64,000 nt of DNA from NCBI GenBank assembly GCA_944384535.1, contig CALWTS010000005.1, forward strand, positions 73,870-137,869. Direction: 5' to 3'. The notes beneath the pieces are model-generated. The model worked only from the letters and a program-made list of their open reading frames with translations. It was not told where the DNA came from and did no database searches. The position numbers were made by a program, and so were the translations under genes. Numbering within the stretch: position 1 is the first letter of the stretch; every line of letters starts with the position of its first letter. Source of the stretch: an uncultured Clostridia bacterium. GTDB taxonomy: Bacteria > Bacillota > Clostridia > Christensenellales > UBA1242. Shown here in pieces: positions 1-8,952 of the stretch.

Positions 1-552
1 ATAAATCAAGTTATCCCTAATTTTATTGGAAAGATCAATCAGTATCCACCAGTTTTTTCTGCAAAAAAAATAAATGGAAAAAAAGCTTATGAATTATCTA
101 GGCAAGGTAAATATGTAATATTGAAACCTAAAGAGATTGAAATATACTCATTGATTTGTTTAGGACAATTAGAAACAAATACTTTTAAATTTAAAATCCA
201 TTGTTCTAGTGGCACTTATATTCGATCTTTATGTAGGGATATTGCTGAAAAGCTTAATACATATGGTGTTATGTTAAGTATAATACGCACTAGATGTGGT
301 ATATTCGATTTAAAAGATAGTTTTACTTTATCAGAAATTAAAAATGGAAACTTTGAAATCATTACACTTGATAAGTGTTTTAACTTTGAAAAAATATATT
401 TATCAAATGAAGATAAGAATAAACTTTTAAATGGACAAATAGTGAAATTTAATAGAGATGGTGTTTTTAGCGCTTTTTCACAATCTAATGAGTTTTTGGG
501 TGTTGTTGAAATCAATAATGGTAATTTGAAATTTAAATTAAGATTAGTTTGA
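1..552 (+). CDS. truB: tRNA pseudouridine(55) synthase TruB, 5' end cut by the window edge
   Basis: Frame 1 is open from nt 1 and reads INQVIPNFIGKINQYPPVFSAKKINGKKAYELSRQG, the classic TruB Q.PP..SA.K..G motif. It continues into the 121..552 ORF, which carries CSSGTYIRSL. Confidence 0.9.
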   Translation: MNQVIPNFIGKINQYPPVFSAKKINGKKAYELSRQGKYVILKPKEIEIYSLICLGQLETNTFKFKIHCSSGTYIRSLCRDIAEKLNTYGVMLSIIRTRCGIFDLKDSFTLSEIKNGNFEIITLDKCFNFEKIYLSNEDKNKLLNGQIVKFNRDGVFSAFSQSNEFLGVVEINNGNLKFKLRLV

Positions 553-581
553 ATTTGTATCAATATTAAAAGGAATTTATT

Positions 582-1445
582 ATGGCTGTTTTATTTGGTT
601 CTTCAGGTGTTGGAGATGAATTTTATGAACAGGGATTTAAAACTATTTTAGATGTTCCTAATTGGATAAAAAATTATGGTTTAGATGCTTTCGAGTATTC
701 ATTTGGACATGGTTATAATATGTCTATTGAAAAGGCAAATAAGGCAGGAGAATTATTTAAAAATTATAATATAAAATTATCTTTACATGCTCCTTTTTTT
801 ATTAATTTTGCGAATCCGGATGAAGAGATGTTTCAAAAAACAAAAGGATATATTTATACTGGGATAAAATTTTTAAAAGCATTTAATTCTGATAGACTTG
901 TATTTCATTCTGCTTCTTGCGGAAAATTAAAAAGAGAGGATGCTTTAAAACTCACAACTAAAAGATTTAAAGAAACTTTTGATAAATTAGATGAAGAAAA
1001 TCTGTTAGATGGTGTTTTTTTATGTCCTGAAACAATGGGAAAATCATTGCAAATTGGCACATGGAAAGAGGTTGTTGATTTATGTACCATAAATTCTCAT
1101 TTAATTCCTACTTTTGATTTTGGGCATATAAATGCCTTGGAAAATGGTAAATTAAAATCCAAAGAGGATTATAAAAAAATATTTGATTATGCTTTAAATA
1201 ACTTAGGGTTTGAAAAAGTAAATATTTCGCATATTCATTTTTCAAAAATTCAATTTGGAGCTAAAGGGGAAATTAGACACTTGAATTATGATGATCAGAT
1301 ATATGGCCCTATTTTTGATCCTCTTGCAGAAGTGCTTATTGATTATAAAATTTCTCCAATAGTTATTTGTGAGTCAATGTCAATGATGCCACATGATGCA
1401 CTTTGCATGAAAAAAATTTATAATAAATTACTAGACAAACAGTAA
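582..1445 (+). CDS. Xylose-isomerase-like TIM-barrel / AP endonuclease family 2 (endonuclease IV-like) protein
   Basis: Motifs LHAPFFINFANPD, VFHSASCG, CPETMGK and FDFGHINA resemble the metal-ligand strands of the Nfo/TIM-barrel family. AGGAA lies upstream of the ATG. Confidence 0.55.
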   Translation: MAVLFGSSGVGDEFYEQGFKTILDVPNWIKNYGLDAFEYSFGHGYNMSIEKANKAGELFKNYNIKLSLHAPFFINFANPDEEMFQKTKGYIYTGIKFLKAFNSDRLVFHSASCGKLKREDALKLTTKRFKETFDKLDEENLLDGVFLCPETMGKSLQIGTWKEVVDLCTINSHLIPTFDFGHINALENGKLKSKEDYKKIFDYALNNLGFEKVNISHIHFSKIQFGAKGEIRHLNYDDQIYGPIFDPLAEVLIDYKISPIVICESMSMMPHDALCMKKIYNKLLDKQ

Positions 1446-1487
1446 ATTTTATGATACAATCTATACGTATTTTAAGGAGATTATTTT

Positions 1488-2048
1488 ATGGTATTTGCAG
1501 GAGATTTTAGAAAAGGAACTACTTTTGAATGGGATGGAGTTGTTTATTCTGTTATCGAATTTTTACACGTAAAACCAGGAAAAGGTTCACCATTTGTAAG
1601 AACAAAACTTAAAAATGTTATGACCGGGCAGGTTAGAGAAACAACATTTAATCCTTCAGATAAGTTCCAAGTTGCTGTTATAGAAAAAAAAGAAATGACT
1701 TATTTATATAATGATGGTGAAATTTATTATTTTATGGATGTTGAAACATATGATCAAATTCCTTTAAATAAAGAAAGTGTAGAAGACGTTTTAAATTTTG
1801 TTAAAGAGAATGAAAATTGTACTATGTATTTTTATAAAGGAACACCATTTGCTGTTTATGCACCTAATTTTGTTGAATTAGAAGTTGTTGATTGCGAACC
1901 TGGTATTCAAGGAGATACGTCTAAATCAACTACTAAACCAGCAAAAGTTGAAACTGGGTATGTTTTACCAGTTCCATTATTTATAAATATTGGTGATAAG
2001 ATTAGAATTGATACAAGAGATGGAAGTTACATGGAAAGAATTAAATAA
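1488..2048 (+). CDS. efp: Elongation factor P
   Basis: N-terminus [41 protein letters not shown] is canonical EF-P. An AAGGAG RBS is present. Confidence 0.97.
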   Translation: MVFAGDFRKGTTFEWDGVVYSVIEFLHVKPGKGSPFVRTKLKNVMTGQVRETTFNPSDKFQVAVIEKKEMTYLYNDGEIYYFMDVETYDQIPLNKESVEDVLNFVKENENCTMYFYKGTPFAVYAPNFVELEVVDCEPGIQGDTSKSTTKPAKVETGYVLPVPLFINIGDKIRIDTRDGSYMERIK

Positions 2049-2070
2049 ATAAATAAATAATAAAAATAAA

Positions 2071-2099
2071 GCATTTGCAGTTTGCAAGTGCTTTTTTTA
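2071..2099 (+). terminator. Intrinsic terminator after efp
   Basis: Hairpin GCATTTGCA-GTT-TGCAAGTGC (one G-U pair) followed by TTTTTTT. Confidence 0.8.
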
Positions 2100-2179
2100 T
2101 TTTAAAGATTTTGACTTAATTTGTCGTTAGTGCATGGATTGGAAATATTGATTCATAAATTAACACAAAGAGGTCGCAA

Positions 2180-3082
2180 ATGTTAAAAAAAATATTACCA
2201 GAAAATATTTATAATATTTTAAATAATTATGTAAATTTTGATTCAATAAATGAGATTAGATTAAGAGCAAATAAACCAATAGTTCTTTCAATAAAGGGAA
2301 AAAGAATTTTTTTGGGAGAAAAAGGGGTTACTTCTAATCTTAATGAAGCGATAAAAATTTCTAAAATTGCAATAGAAGATATTATTTTTAGAGCAAGTGA
2401 ATGTTCTATTTATTCTGTTAATGAACAAATAAAAAAGGGATTTATAGTAATGGATGGGGGAATTAGATTGGGTTTAGGTGGAGATTTAATCCAAGAAGGA
2501 AATATTGTTAAAACAATGACCAACTTTAATTCTATTAATTTAAGAATACCACATGAGATTAAAAATTGTTCTTTAGAAGTTTTTGACTATTTAATGGCTG
2601 ATAATTTTGTTTATAACACTTTGATTATCGCTCCACCTGGTGCTGGAAAAACCACATTGTTAAGAGATTTTATTTGTCAACTATCAGAAAGAAATTATGC
2701 ATTTAATGTTTTAGTTTTAGATGAAAGAGGAGAATTAGATATTGGTAAAATTAACTCACTGGGAAATTTTACCGATAAGATTTCTTTTGCAAAAAAAAGT
2801 ATTGGCTTTGAAAATGGAATTAGATCTTTGAGTCCTAATTTAATTGTTACAGATGAACTTGGTACTAAAGAAGATGTAGATTCAATTATTTATGCAGTTA
2901 ATTGTGGTGTTAATGTTATGGCATCGATCCATTGTGAAAATATAGATAGTCTTTTTAAAAAACCTTTTATAGATAAGTTACTTAATGATAAGTGTTTTAA
3001 TAGGTATGTTTTGTTATCAATGAAAAATGGACCTGGAACTATTGAAGCAATTTATAATGAAAATTTTTCTCGTTTAAAATAG
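2180..3082 (+). CDS. spoIIIAA: Stage III sporulation protein AA (ATPase)
   Basis: Walker A APPGAGKTTLLRD and Walker B VLVLDE. It is the first gene of an 8-gene block matching spoIIIA order and sizes. Confidence 0.9.
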   Translation: MLKKILPENIYNILNNYVNFDSINEIRLRANKPIVLSIKGKRIFLGEKGVTSNLNEAIKISKIAIEDIIFRASECSIYSVNEQIKKGFIVMDGGIRLGLGGDLIQEGNIVKTMTNFNSINLRIPHEIKNCSLEVFDYLMADNFVYNTLIIAPPGAGKTTLLRDFICQLSERNYAFNVLVLDERGELDIGKINSLGNFTDKISFAKKSIGFENGIRSLSPNLIVTDELGTKEDVDSIIYAVNCGVNVMASIHCENIDSLFKKPFIDKLLNDKCFNRYVLLSMKNGPGTIEAIYNENFSRLK

Positions 3083-3089
3083 GAGGAAT

Positions 3090-3584
3090 ATGAGATATAT
3101 TTTATTAAGCATTTTGGTTTTCTTATCAGTATTTATTGGATATTTATTTTCTAAAAAATATCGTAACAGAAAAAACTTTTTTCAGGCTTTAGTCTTATTG
3201 TGTAATAAATTTGATATTGAAATAAATTATTCTAGAGAAAGAGTTAAGAATATATTTGATTCTTTAGATGAAAAAATAAAAATAAACTTGTACGGAATGG
3301 ATAATAATTTTTTATCATTTATAAATAAAGAAAATAATTTGGACAAACATTCATTATTTAAAAATATAACGTTTTTAAAAGAAGAGGAAAAAGATGTAAT
3401 TTTATTATTCTTTAAATCTTTAGGAAGAAGTGATGTTGATAGTCAATCAAAAGAGATAAAAAATTTTAAATTAAAATTTGAAAATCTTTCTTCTACATCA
3501 AATAATGAAAATAAAAAGTATGGAAGTCTATCTATCAAGTTGGGTATAATATTTGGTTTATTAATTATTGTTTTATTTATTTGA
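3090..3584 (+). CDS. spoIIIAB: Stage III sporulation protein AB
   Basis: Position, size (164 aa) and N- and C-terminal TM helices fit SpoIIIAB. The call rests mainly on operon context. Confidence 0.75.
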   Translation: MRYILLSILVFLSVFIGYLFSKKYRNRKNFFQALVLLCNKFDIEINYSRERVKNIFDSLDEKIKINLYGMDNNFLSFINKENNLDKHSLFKNITFLKEEEKDVILLFFKSLGRSDVDSQSKEIKNFKLKFENLSSTSNNENKKYGSLSIKLGIIFGLLIIVLFI

Positions 3585-3591
3585 GGTATTT

Positions 3592-3786
3592 ATGGATGTT
3601 GAAATTATTTTTAAGATTGCTGCAATTGGTATTCTAACTGCAATTGTTGGACAAATATTAAAACAAACTGGTAAAGAAGAAATCTCAACTCTTGCCACTT
3701 TAGCAGGTTTAATAATTGTTCTTATTATGGTATTAAATTTATTGGCTGATTTATTTACAACATTAAAAACTATTTTTAATTTTTAA
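3592..3786 (+). CDS. spoIIIAC: Stage III sporulation protein AC
   Basis: Small 2-TM protein MDVEIIFKIAAIGILTAIVGQILKQTGKEE, typical of SpoIIIAC. The start was moved to the ATG at 3592, which follows GAGG. Confidence 0.85.
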   Translation: MDVEIIFKIAAIGILTAIVGQILKQTGKEEISTLATLAGLIIVLIMVLNLLADLFTTLKTIFNF

Positions 3787-3797
3787 ATCGAGAGAGT

Positions 3798-4190
3798 ATG
3801 GAAATTATTTTTAAAATTGTTGCTATAGGTATTATTACTTGTTTAGCTACTATAATAGTAAAACCTATTCGTGCGGATTTTTCAATTATTATAAGTATTG
3901 TTGGTGGATTGATAATTCTATTTTTAGTTATCAATTATTTAACTTCTGTTTTTGATATATTTAAATCAATTATTAATCTTAGTGGAATTAATTCTAATCT
4001 TTATAGACTTTTATTGAAAATTATAGGGGTAGGTTACTTAGTGGAATTTACGGCAGGTATTTGTTCTGACACTGGTAATTCTTCTCTTGGTGATAAAGTT
4101 CTTTTGGGAGGAAAAGTTATTATTATGGTAATGGCTTTGCCTATAATAACTAGTATTTTACAAATAATTACGGAGTTATTACCATCATGA
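3798..4190 (+). CDS. spoIIIAD: Stage III sporulation protein AD
   Basis: 130-aa multi-TM paralogue of AC (MEIIFKIVAIGIIT...) in the expected position. Confidence 0.85.
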   Translation: MEIIFKIVAIGIITCLATIIVKPIRADFSIIISIVGGLIILFLVINYLTSVFDIFKSIINLSGINSNLYRLLLKIIGVGYLVEFTAGICSDTGNSSLGDKVLLGGKVIIMVMALPIITSILQIITELLPS

Positions 4191-5389
4191 AAAAGTTGTT
4201 TGTTCTTATTTTTATTTTTTTCTTTTTATTTTGTCCTACCATTGGAAAAAATAATATTTCTTTTGCAAGTAATGAAATTGAACGTATAGAAAATGATGAT
4301 ATATCAGAAGATTTGGAAGAAGAAATTCAAAATCAACTTAATGATTTAGATTTTTCATCGTTAGAAGAAATTTTAAATTCATTCACAAAAGGACAAGTTG
4401 CTGTTTTTGGCGGTTCAAGTTTTTTTGAAAAATTACAAAAATTAATTGTCGGAGATTTTGATGATTCACAAAATATTTGGATTGCAATTTTATCTGTTTT
4501 TTTTGAAAACATATTAGGGTTAATTCCTATTTTGTCTCTAATAATAGCTGTATCTCTGATTGGAGGTGTTTTACAAGGTTTTAAACCAAATAATAATGAT
4601 AAATCAATTTCAAATTTAATTCATTTTGTTACCTATGGTGTTATAGTTGTTTTAATATTATCTGTTGTTGTTAAAATGGTTTCACTAACAACAACTACTA
4701 TACAAAATATAAAATCCCAAATGGATACTATTTTCCCTCTTTTACTTACATTATTAACAGCTATAGGTGGAACTGTTTCAACTTCAGTTTATCAACCAGC
4801 AATGGCTTTATTAACAAGTGTTATAATGAACTTTTTTACTTATATACTTCTTCCAATTTTTATTTTTTCAATTGTATTCAATATAGTTTCAAATCTTTCA
4901 AACACCGTAAAACTTGATAAATTCACTGCTTTTTTTCAAAGCTCTTATAAATGGTTAATAGGTTTAATATTTACAATATTTACTGCCTTTTTGTCAGTTC
5001 AAGGAATTACAGCAGGTTCTATTGATGGAATTTCAATTAGAACAGCTAAATTTGCAATTAAATCTTATGTTCCAATACTTGGTTCATATTTAAGTGATGG
5101 CATGGGGGTTATTTTAGCATCATCAAATCTTATAAAAAATGCAGTAGGAGCAACTGGATTATTTCTTCTCCTTGCAACAATCATTTCACCTTTGATTGAA
5201 CTAATTTTATTCATGTTAGTATTGAAATTAATGGCTGGAATTATTGAGCCACTTGGAAATAAACAAATAGCAAATTTCATTTCTTCATTATCTAAAAGTA
5301 TTGTACTTTTGATTGTTTTGATTATTGGAATTGCTTTTGTATATTTTATAACTTTAGGACTTGTGATGTGTTCAGCAAATATTATTTAA
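4187..5389 (+). CDS. spoIIIAE: Stage III sporulation protein AE
   Basis: 400-aa polytopic membrane protein with a signal-like N-terminus. Its start overlaps the upstream stop (ATGA). Size and position fit SpoIIIAE. Confidence 0.85.
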   Translation: MKKLFVLIFIFFFLFCPTIGKNNISFASNEIERIENDDISEDLEEEIQNQLNDLDFSSLEEILNSFTKGQVAVFGGSSFFEKLQKLIVGDFDDSQNIWIAILSVFFENILGLIPILSLIIAVSLIGGVLQGFKPNNNDKSISNLIHFVTYGVIVVLILSVVVKMVSLTTTTIQNIKSQMDTIFPLLLTLLTAIGGTVSTSVYQPAMALLTSVIMNFFTYILLPIFIFSIVFNIVSNLSNTVKLDKFTAFFQSSYKWLIGLIFTIFTAFLSVQGITAGSIDGISIRTAKFAIKSYVPILGSYLSDGMGVILASSNLIKNAVGATGLFLLLATIISPLIELILFMLVLKLMAGIIEPLGNKQIANFISSLSKSIVLLIVLIIGIAFVYFITLGLVMCSANII

Positions 5390-5398
5390 GGAGAAAAT

Positions 5399-5902
5399 AT
5401 GGTATCCCAAATTTCATCGTGGATAATGTCAATAGCTGGTATTGTTTGTATATCGGTTATTGTAGAATTAATACTACCTGAAGGTCAATTGAATAAATAT
5501 ATTAAAGGTATTTTTTCGTTTATAATTGTTTTGGTAATTGTTATGCCTATACCCAAGATTATAAACTCTAATTTTGATTTTTCGAGTATTTTTGACTATG
5601 AAAATAGTGTTATTGTAGATGAGGAATATGTCTACCAATTAAACTTAGATAAACTTAATTCTTTACAAGAAGATATAGAGCATTCCATAAATAAGTATGG
5701 ATATGAAGAAGTGAATGTATATATTAATTGTAATATTTTTCAAAATAAAATGGATATAAAATCGATAACTGTCGATTTAACAAATTTAGTAATAACTGAA
5801 AATGCAGAGCATAAAGATATAACAAAGATAAAACAACATATTGCAAAAATTATTTTATCTTATATTTCTTTAAACGAAGAGGAGATATTGTATGTTAGCT
5901 AA
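5399..5902 (+). CDS. spoIIIAF: Stage III sporulation protein AF
   Basis: 167 aa with two N-terminal TM helices, in the spoIIIA operon. Confidence 0.8.
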   Translation: MVSQISSWIMSIAGIVCISVIVELILPEGQLNKYIKGIFSFIIVLVIVMPIPKIINSNFDFSSIFDYENSVIVDEEYVYQLNLDKLNSLQEDIEHSINKYGYEEVNVYINCNIFQNKMDIKSITVDLTNLVITENAEHKDITKIKQHIAKIILSYISLNEEEILYVS

Positions 5903-6443
5903 CTTTCAGAGTAAAATGACAAATTTAATCAATAAAATAAAAAAGATTAAACATTTTGAAATTTATTTAGCCATTGGACTAGCTTGTTTGATTGCAATAA
6001 TTTATTTTGTAGGCTTAAATACTAGTGATAAAACAAAACAAAATTTGTCTACAGAAAACGACAATATATCTACAAATTACTCTTCTTCAGAGGAATATGT
6101 GAATTATCTAGAGAATAAACTTGAAAATGTATTAGAAGATATAAAGGGGGTAGGAAATGTAAATGTTATTATTACTTTAGAAAAAGGATTTGAATATGTT
6201 TACGTTACTGAAGAAGAAACAAAAACCACATCAAATGGCTCAATAATAACTACAACTAATATTGTTTTAATAAATGGGCAACCTGTTTTGCAAGAAGAAA
6301 TTTTTCCAATAATAAAAGGAATAGTTGTTGTAGCTGATGGTGCTTCAGATATTAGTATAAAAATGAACATTTTAAGTGTTTTACAAACAATTGTAGAAGT
6401 TGATAATTCAAAAATAAATATTCTACAGAGTAATATTAAATAA
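5892..6443 (+). CDS. spoIIIAG: Stage III sporulation protein AG
   Basis: 183 aa, single N-terminal TM helix, C-terminal ring-building-like domain (GVGNVNVIITL...IKGIVVVADGA). A GAGGAG RBS is present. Confidence 0.85.
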   Translation: MLANFQSKMTNLINKIKKIKHFEIYLAIGLACLIAIIYFVGLNTSDKTKQNLSTENDNISTNYSSSEEYVNYLENKLENVLEDIKGVGNVNVIITLEKGFEYVYVTEEETKTTSNGSIITTTNIVLINGQPVLQEEIFPIIKGIVVVADGASDISIKMNILSVLQTIVEVDNSKINILQSNIK

Positions 6444-6455
6444 AAGGAGAGAATT

Positions 6456-6929
6456 ATGAAAAAAAGAACAAAAATAATTATTATTACTGCAATGGTATTA
6501 CTGTTAGGAGTGACAGGTTATTTAAATATTATGCTTAACAACTCAGTAAACAACAATAATGAAAATGATACAGTTTCTACATCTAGTTATTTTCAAACTT
6601 ATAGGGCTGATAGAGAATCAACGAGAGATCAAGAAATGCTTTATTATGATGCAATAATTTCAAGTGATACATCAACAGAAAGTGCAATAAAAAACGCAGA
6701 GGAAGCAAAAATGATATTAATTAATCAAATGGAAAAAGAATTGGTTGTAGAAGGTTTAATTAAAGCAAAAGGATTTGAGGATTGTGTAGTAACTATTTCA
6801 GAAACAAATGTTAATGCTGTTGTAAAATCTGCAGAACTTACATCAAATGAAGTTGCTCAAATTGTTTCCATCATTCAGTCTCAACTTTCTATGGGAATAG
6901 AAAATATAAAAATTATTCCAGTAGAATAA
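6456..6929 (+). CDS. spoIIIAH: Stage III sporulation protein AH
   Basis: 157 aa, N-terminal TM helix, and the last gene of the operon. An AAGGAGAG RBS is present. Confidence 0.8.
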   Translation: MKKRTKIIIITAMVLLLGVTGYLNIMLNNSVNNNNENDTVSTSSYFQTYRADRESTRDQEMLYYDAIISSDTSTESAIKNAEEAKMILINQMEKELVVEGLIKAKGFEDCVVTISETNVNAVVKSAELTSNEVAQIVSIIQSQLSMGIENIKIIPVE

Positions 6930-6981
6930 TTGCATATAAGAGTGGTTTTATGTTATAATACGAAAGAATAGGAGAAAAATA

Positions 6982-7347
6982 ATGACTAAATCAAAAACTA
7001 CATTACCAAAGAAAGGAAAGGTTGAAATAGATAGAGACATTCTTTTATCTATTATTAATCTTGCAACAAAAGAAATTAATGGTGTTGAATCTCTTACTAA
7101 TGATTATCTCCCTTGGTATAAAAAAGTTGCTAAACCTAAAAGTGAAGGTGTTGCTATAAAATTTGATGTTAATGGTGTTTTACATGTTGATGTTTATATC
7201 AAAGTTTTTATTGGTTACAGTGTTCCAGACATTGCATATAAGGTTCAAGAAAATATTAAAAATTCTTTAAACTCTATGGTTGGATTAAAACCAGGTAAAA
7301 TTAATGTTCATGTTTTTGGTGTAGCGTGTGATGAGGAAATACAATGA
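6982..7347 (+). CDS. Asp23/Gls24 family alkaline-shock protein
   Basis: IDRDILLSIINLATKEINGV ... VHVDVYIKV ... VNVHV pattern is typical of Asp23. It sits in the conserved position between spoIIIAH and nusB. Confidence 0.8.
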   Translation: MTKSKTTLPKKGKVEIDRDILLSIINLATKEINGVESLTNDYLPWYKKVAKPKSEGVAIKFDVNGVLHVDVYIKVFIGYSVPDIAYKVQENIKNSLNSMVGLKPGKINVHVFGVACDEEIQ

Positions 7348-7757
7348 GAAGTTTAGCTAGAGAACTTGCTTTTAAATTAATTTTTGAAAGACTTTTCGTC
7401 AAAGAAAATTATACTTTTGACGAAGAGTTTTTTGTATCATTAAAAAAAGATGAAGATAAAAATTTTTCCAAGTCAATTGTTTTGTCATTTGAAAAAAATA
7501 AAAATTTATTAGAAAAATATATAAAAGAAAATTTAATAGGTTATGAAATAGAAAGGGTGTATAAAGTTGATTTAGCATTAATGTTTGAAGCTTTAACAGA
7601 AATTTATATTCTAAATACACCACCGCAAATTGTTGTTAATGAAGTTGTTAATTTGGCAAAAAAATATTCTACAGAAAAAAGTGGAAGATTTATTAATGGT
7701 GTTTTATCTTCAATACTAAAAAGCAATAGATTACAAGAAAAAAAACAGGGTGTTTAG
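7344..7757 (+). CDS. nusB: Transcription antitermination factor NusB
   Basis: RSLARELAFKLIFE start and FINGVL near the C-terminus. 137 aa. Confidence 0.9.
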   Translation: MRSLARELAFKLIFERLFVKENYTFDEEFFVSLKKDEDKNFSKSIVLSFEKNKNLLEKYIKENLIGYEIERVYKVDLALMFEALTEIYILNTPPQIVVNEVVNLAKKYSTEKSGRFINGVLSSILKSNRLQEKKQGV

Positions 7758-7758
7758 A

Positions 7759-8952
7759 ATGGATAATGCAATTACTGTTACTCAGTTAAATACATACATA
7801 AAAAAAATATTTGATGCGGAAGAATTTTTACATAATATACCTGTAATTGGAGAAATATTTGGCGTAAGTTTTTCTAGAAATGTAATATATTTTTCTTTAA
7901 AAGATGAAAATTCTACACTTCCTTGTGTATGCTTTTATCCAAATTTCTTACAACAAATTATTGAAGGAAATAAAGTTATTGTAATAGGATCTCCTAATTA
8001 TTATACTAAAGCAGGTAAATTAAATTTTAATGTAATTAATGTTGAAAATGTTGGACAAGGAAAACTTTATGAGCAGTTTTTATTTCTAAAAGAGAAATTA
8101 AAAAATGCAGGATATTTTAATAGCGAGCATAAAAAAGATATACCTAAAAATATAAGAAGAATTGGTGTTATAACATCTAAAGAGGGAGCTGTTATTCAGG
8201 ATATTAAAAATGTTGTTTGGAGAAGAAATCCTCTTGTTGATATTGTTTTATTTAATACAAAAGTACAAGGTAACTTGGCTGAAAAAGAAATTGCTCACGC
8301 AATAGAAATTTTAGGGCAATATAAAAATATTGATGTAATAATAGTAGCTAGAGGAGGAGGTTCATTAGAAGATTTGTGGGCTTATAATACCGAAGAAGTA
8401 GCAAATGCAGTTTATAATTGTCCAAAACCTATAATTTCTGCTGTTGGGCATGAAACAGATTTTACAATTATTGATTTTGTAAGCGATTTACGTGCACCGA
8501 CGCCTTCTGCCGCTGCAGAATTATTAACAAAAGATTTAAGTGAGACCAAAAATAAATTTTTTGAAATATCTTTTAATTTTGTCAAAACTATAACTAATTT
8601 TATAGGTCAAAAATATTTTGAAATTGACCAAATTTCACATAATTTAATAAACGCAGAAGAAAGAAAGATAATATTTGAAAATAATTTTTTAAATAATAAG
8701 AAAATCCATTTTATAAATAATTGTAATGAATGGATTAATCAAAAATTTTATGAATTAGGTTTATTGGAAACATCATTAAAAAAAATAAATCCTAAAGAAA
8801 TACTTGACAAAGGATATGCTAAAATTGAACAAGATAATAAACCTATTTCAACAATTAAAAATATAGATGTAAACAAAAATTTAATAATAATTTTAAAAGA
8901 TGGAAAAGTCGAAAGTAAGATAATAAAAAAAGGAGAAAATAATGAAGATTAG
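7759..8952 (+). CDS. xseA: Exodeoxyribonuclease VII large subunit
   Basis: ITVTQLNTYIKKIFD..., IGVITSKEGAVIQDI, IIVARGGGSLEDLWAYN and GHETDFTIIDFVSDLRAPTPSAAAE. The start is placed at the ATG at 7759, immediately after the nusB stop at 7755-7757. Confidence 0.95.
   Translation: MDNAITVTQLNTYIKKIFDAEEFLHNIPVIGEIFGVSFSRNVIYFSLKDENSTLPCVCFYPNFLQQIIEGNKVIVIGSPNYYTKAGKLNFNVINVENVGQGKLYEQFLFLKEKLKNAGYFNSEHKKDIPKNIRRIGVITSKEGAVIQDIKNVVWRRNPLVDIVLFNTKVQGNLAEKEIAHAIEILGQYKNIDVIIVARGGGSLEDLWAYNTEEVANAVYNCPKPIISAVGHETDFTIIDFVSDLRAPTPSAAAELLTKDLSETKNKFFEISFNFVKTITNFIGQKYFEIDQISHNLINAEERKIIFENNFLNNKKIHFINNCNEWINQKFYELGLLETSLKKINPKEILDKGYAKIEQDNKPISTIKNIDVNKNLIIILKDGKVESKIIKKGENNED

Noticed and set aside
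216-563. 115-aa ORF on the - strand
   Set aside because: It lies entirely antisense to truB, has no RBS, and has the K/L/F/I-rich composition of a shadow ORF in AT-rich DNA.
2100-2179. Attempt to place a sigma-E promoter for spoIIIA
   Set aside because: There are fragments such as ATATT and CATAAAT, but the spacing does not fit the sigma-E consensus. I cannot support a call by eye.
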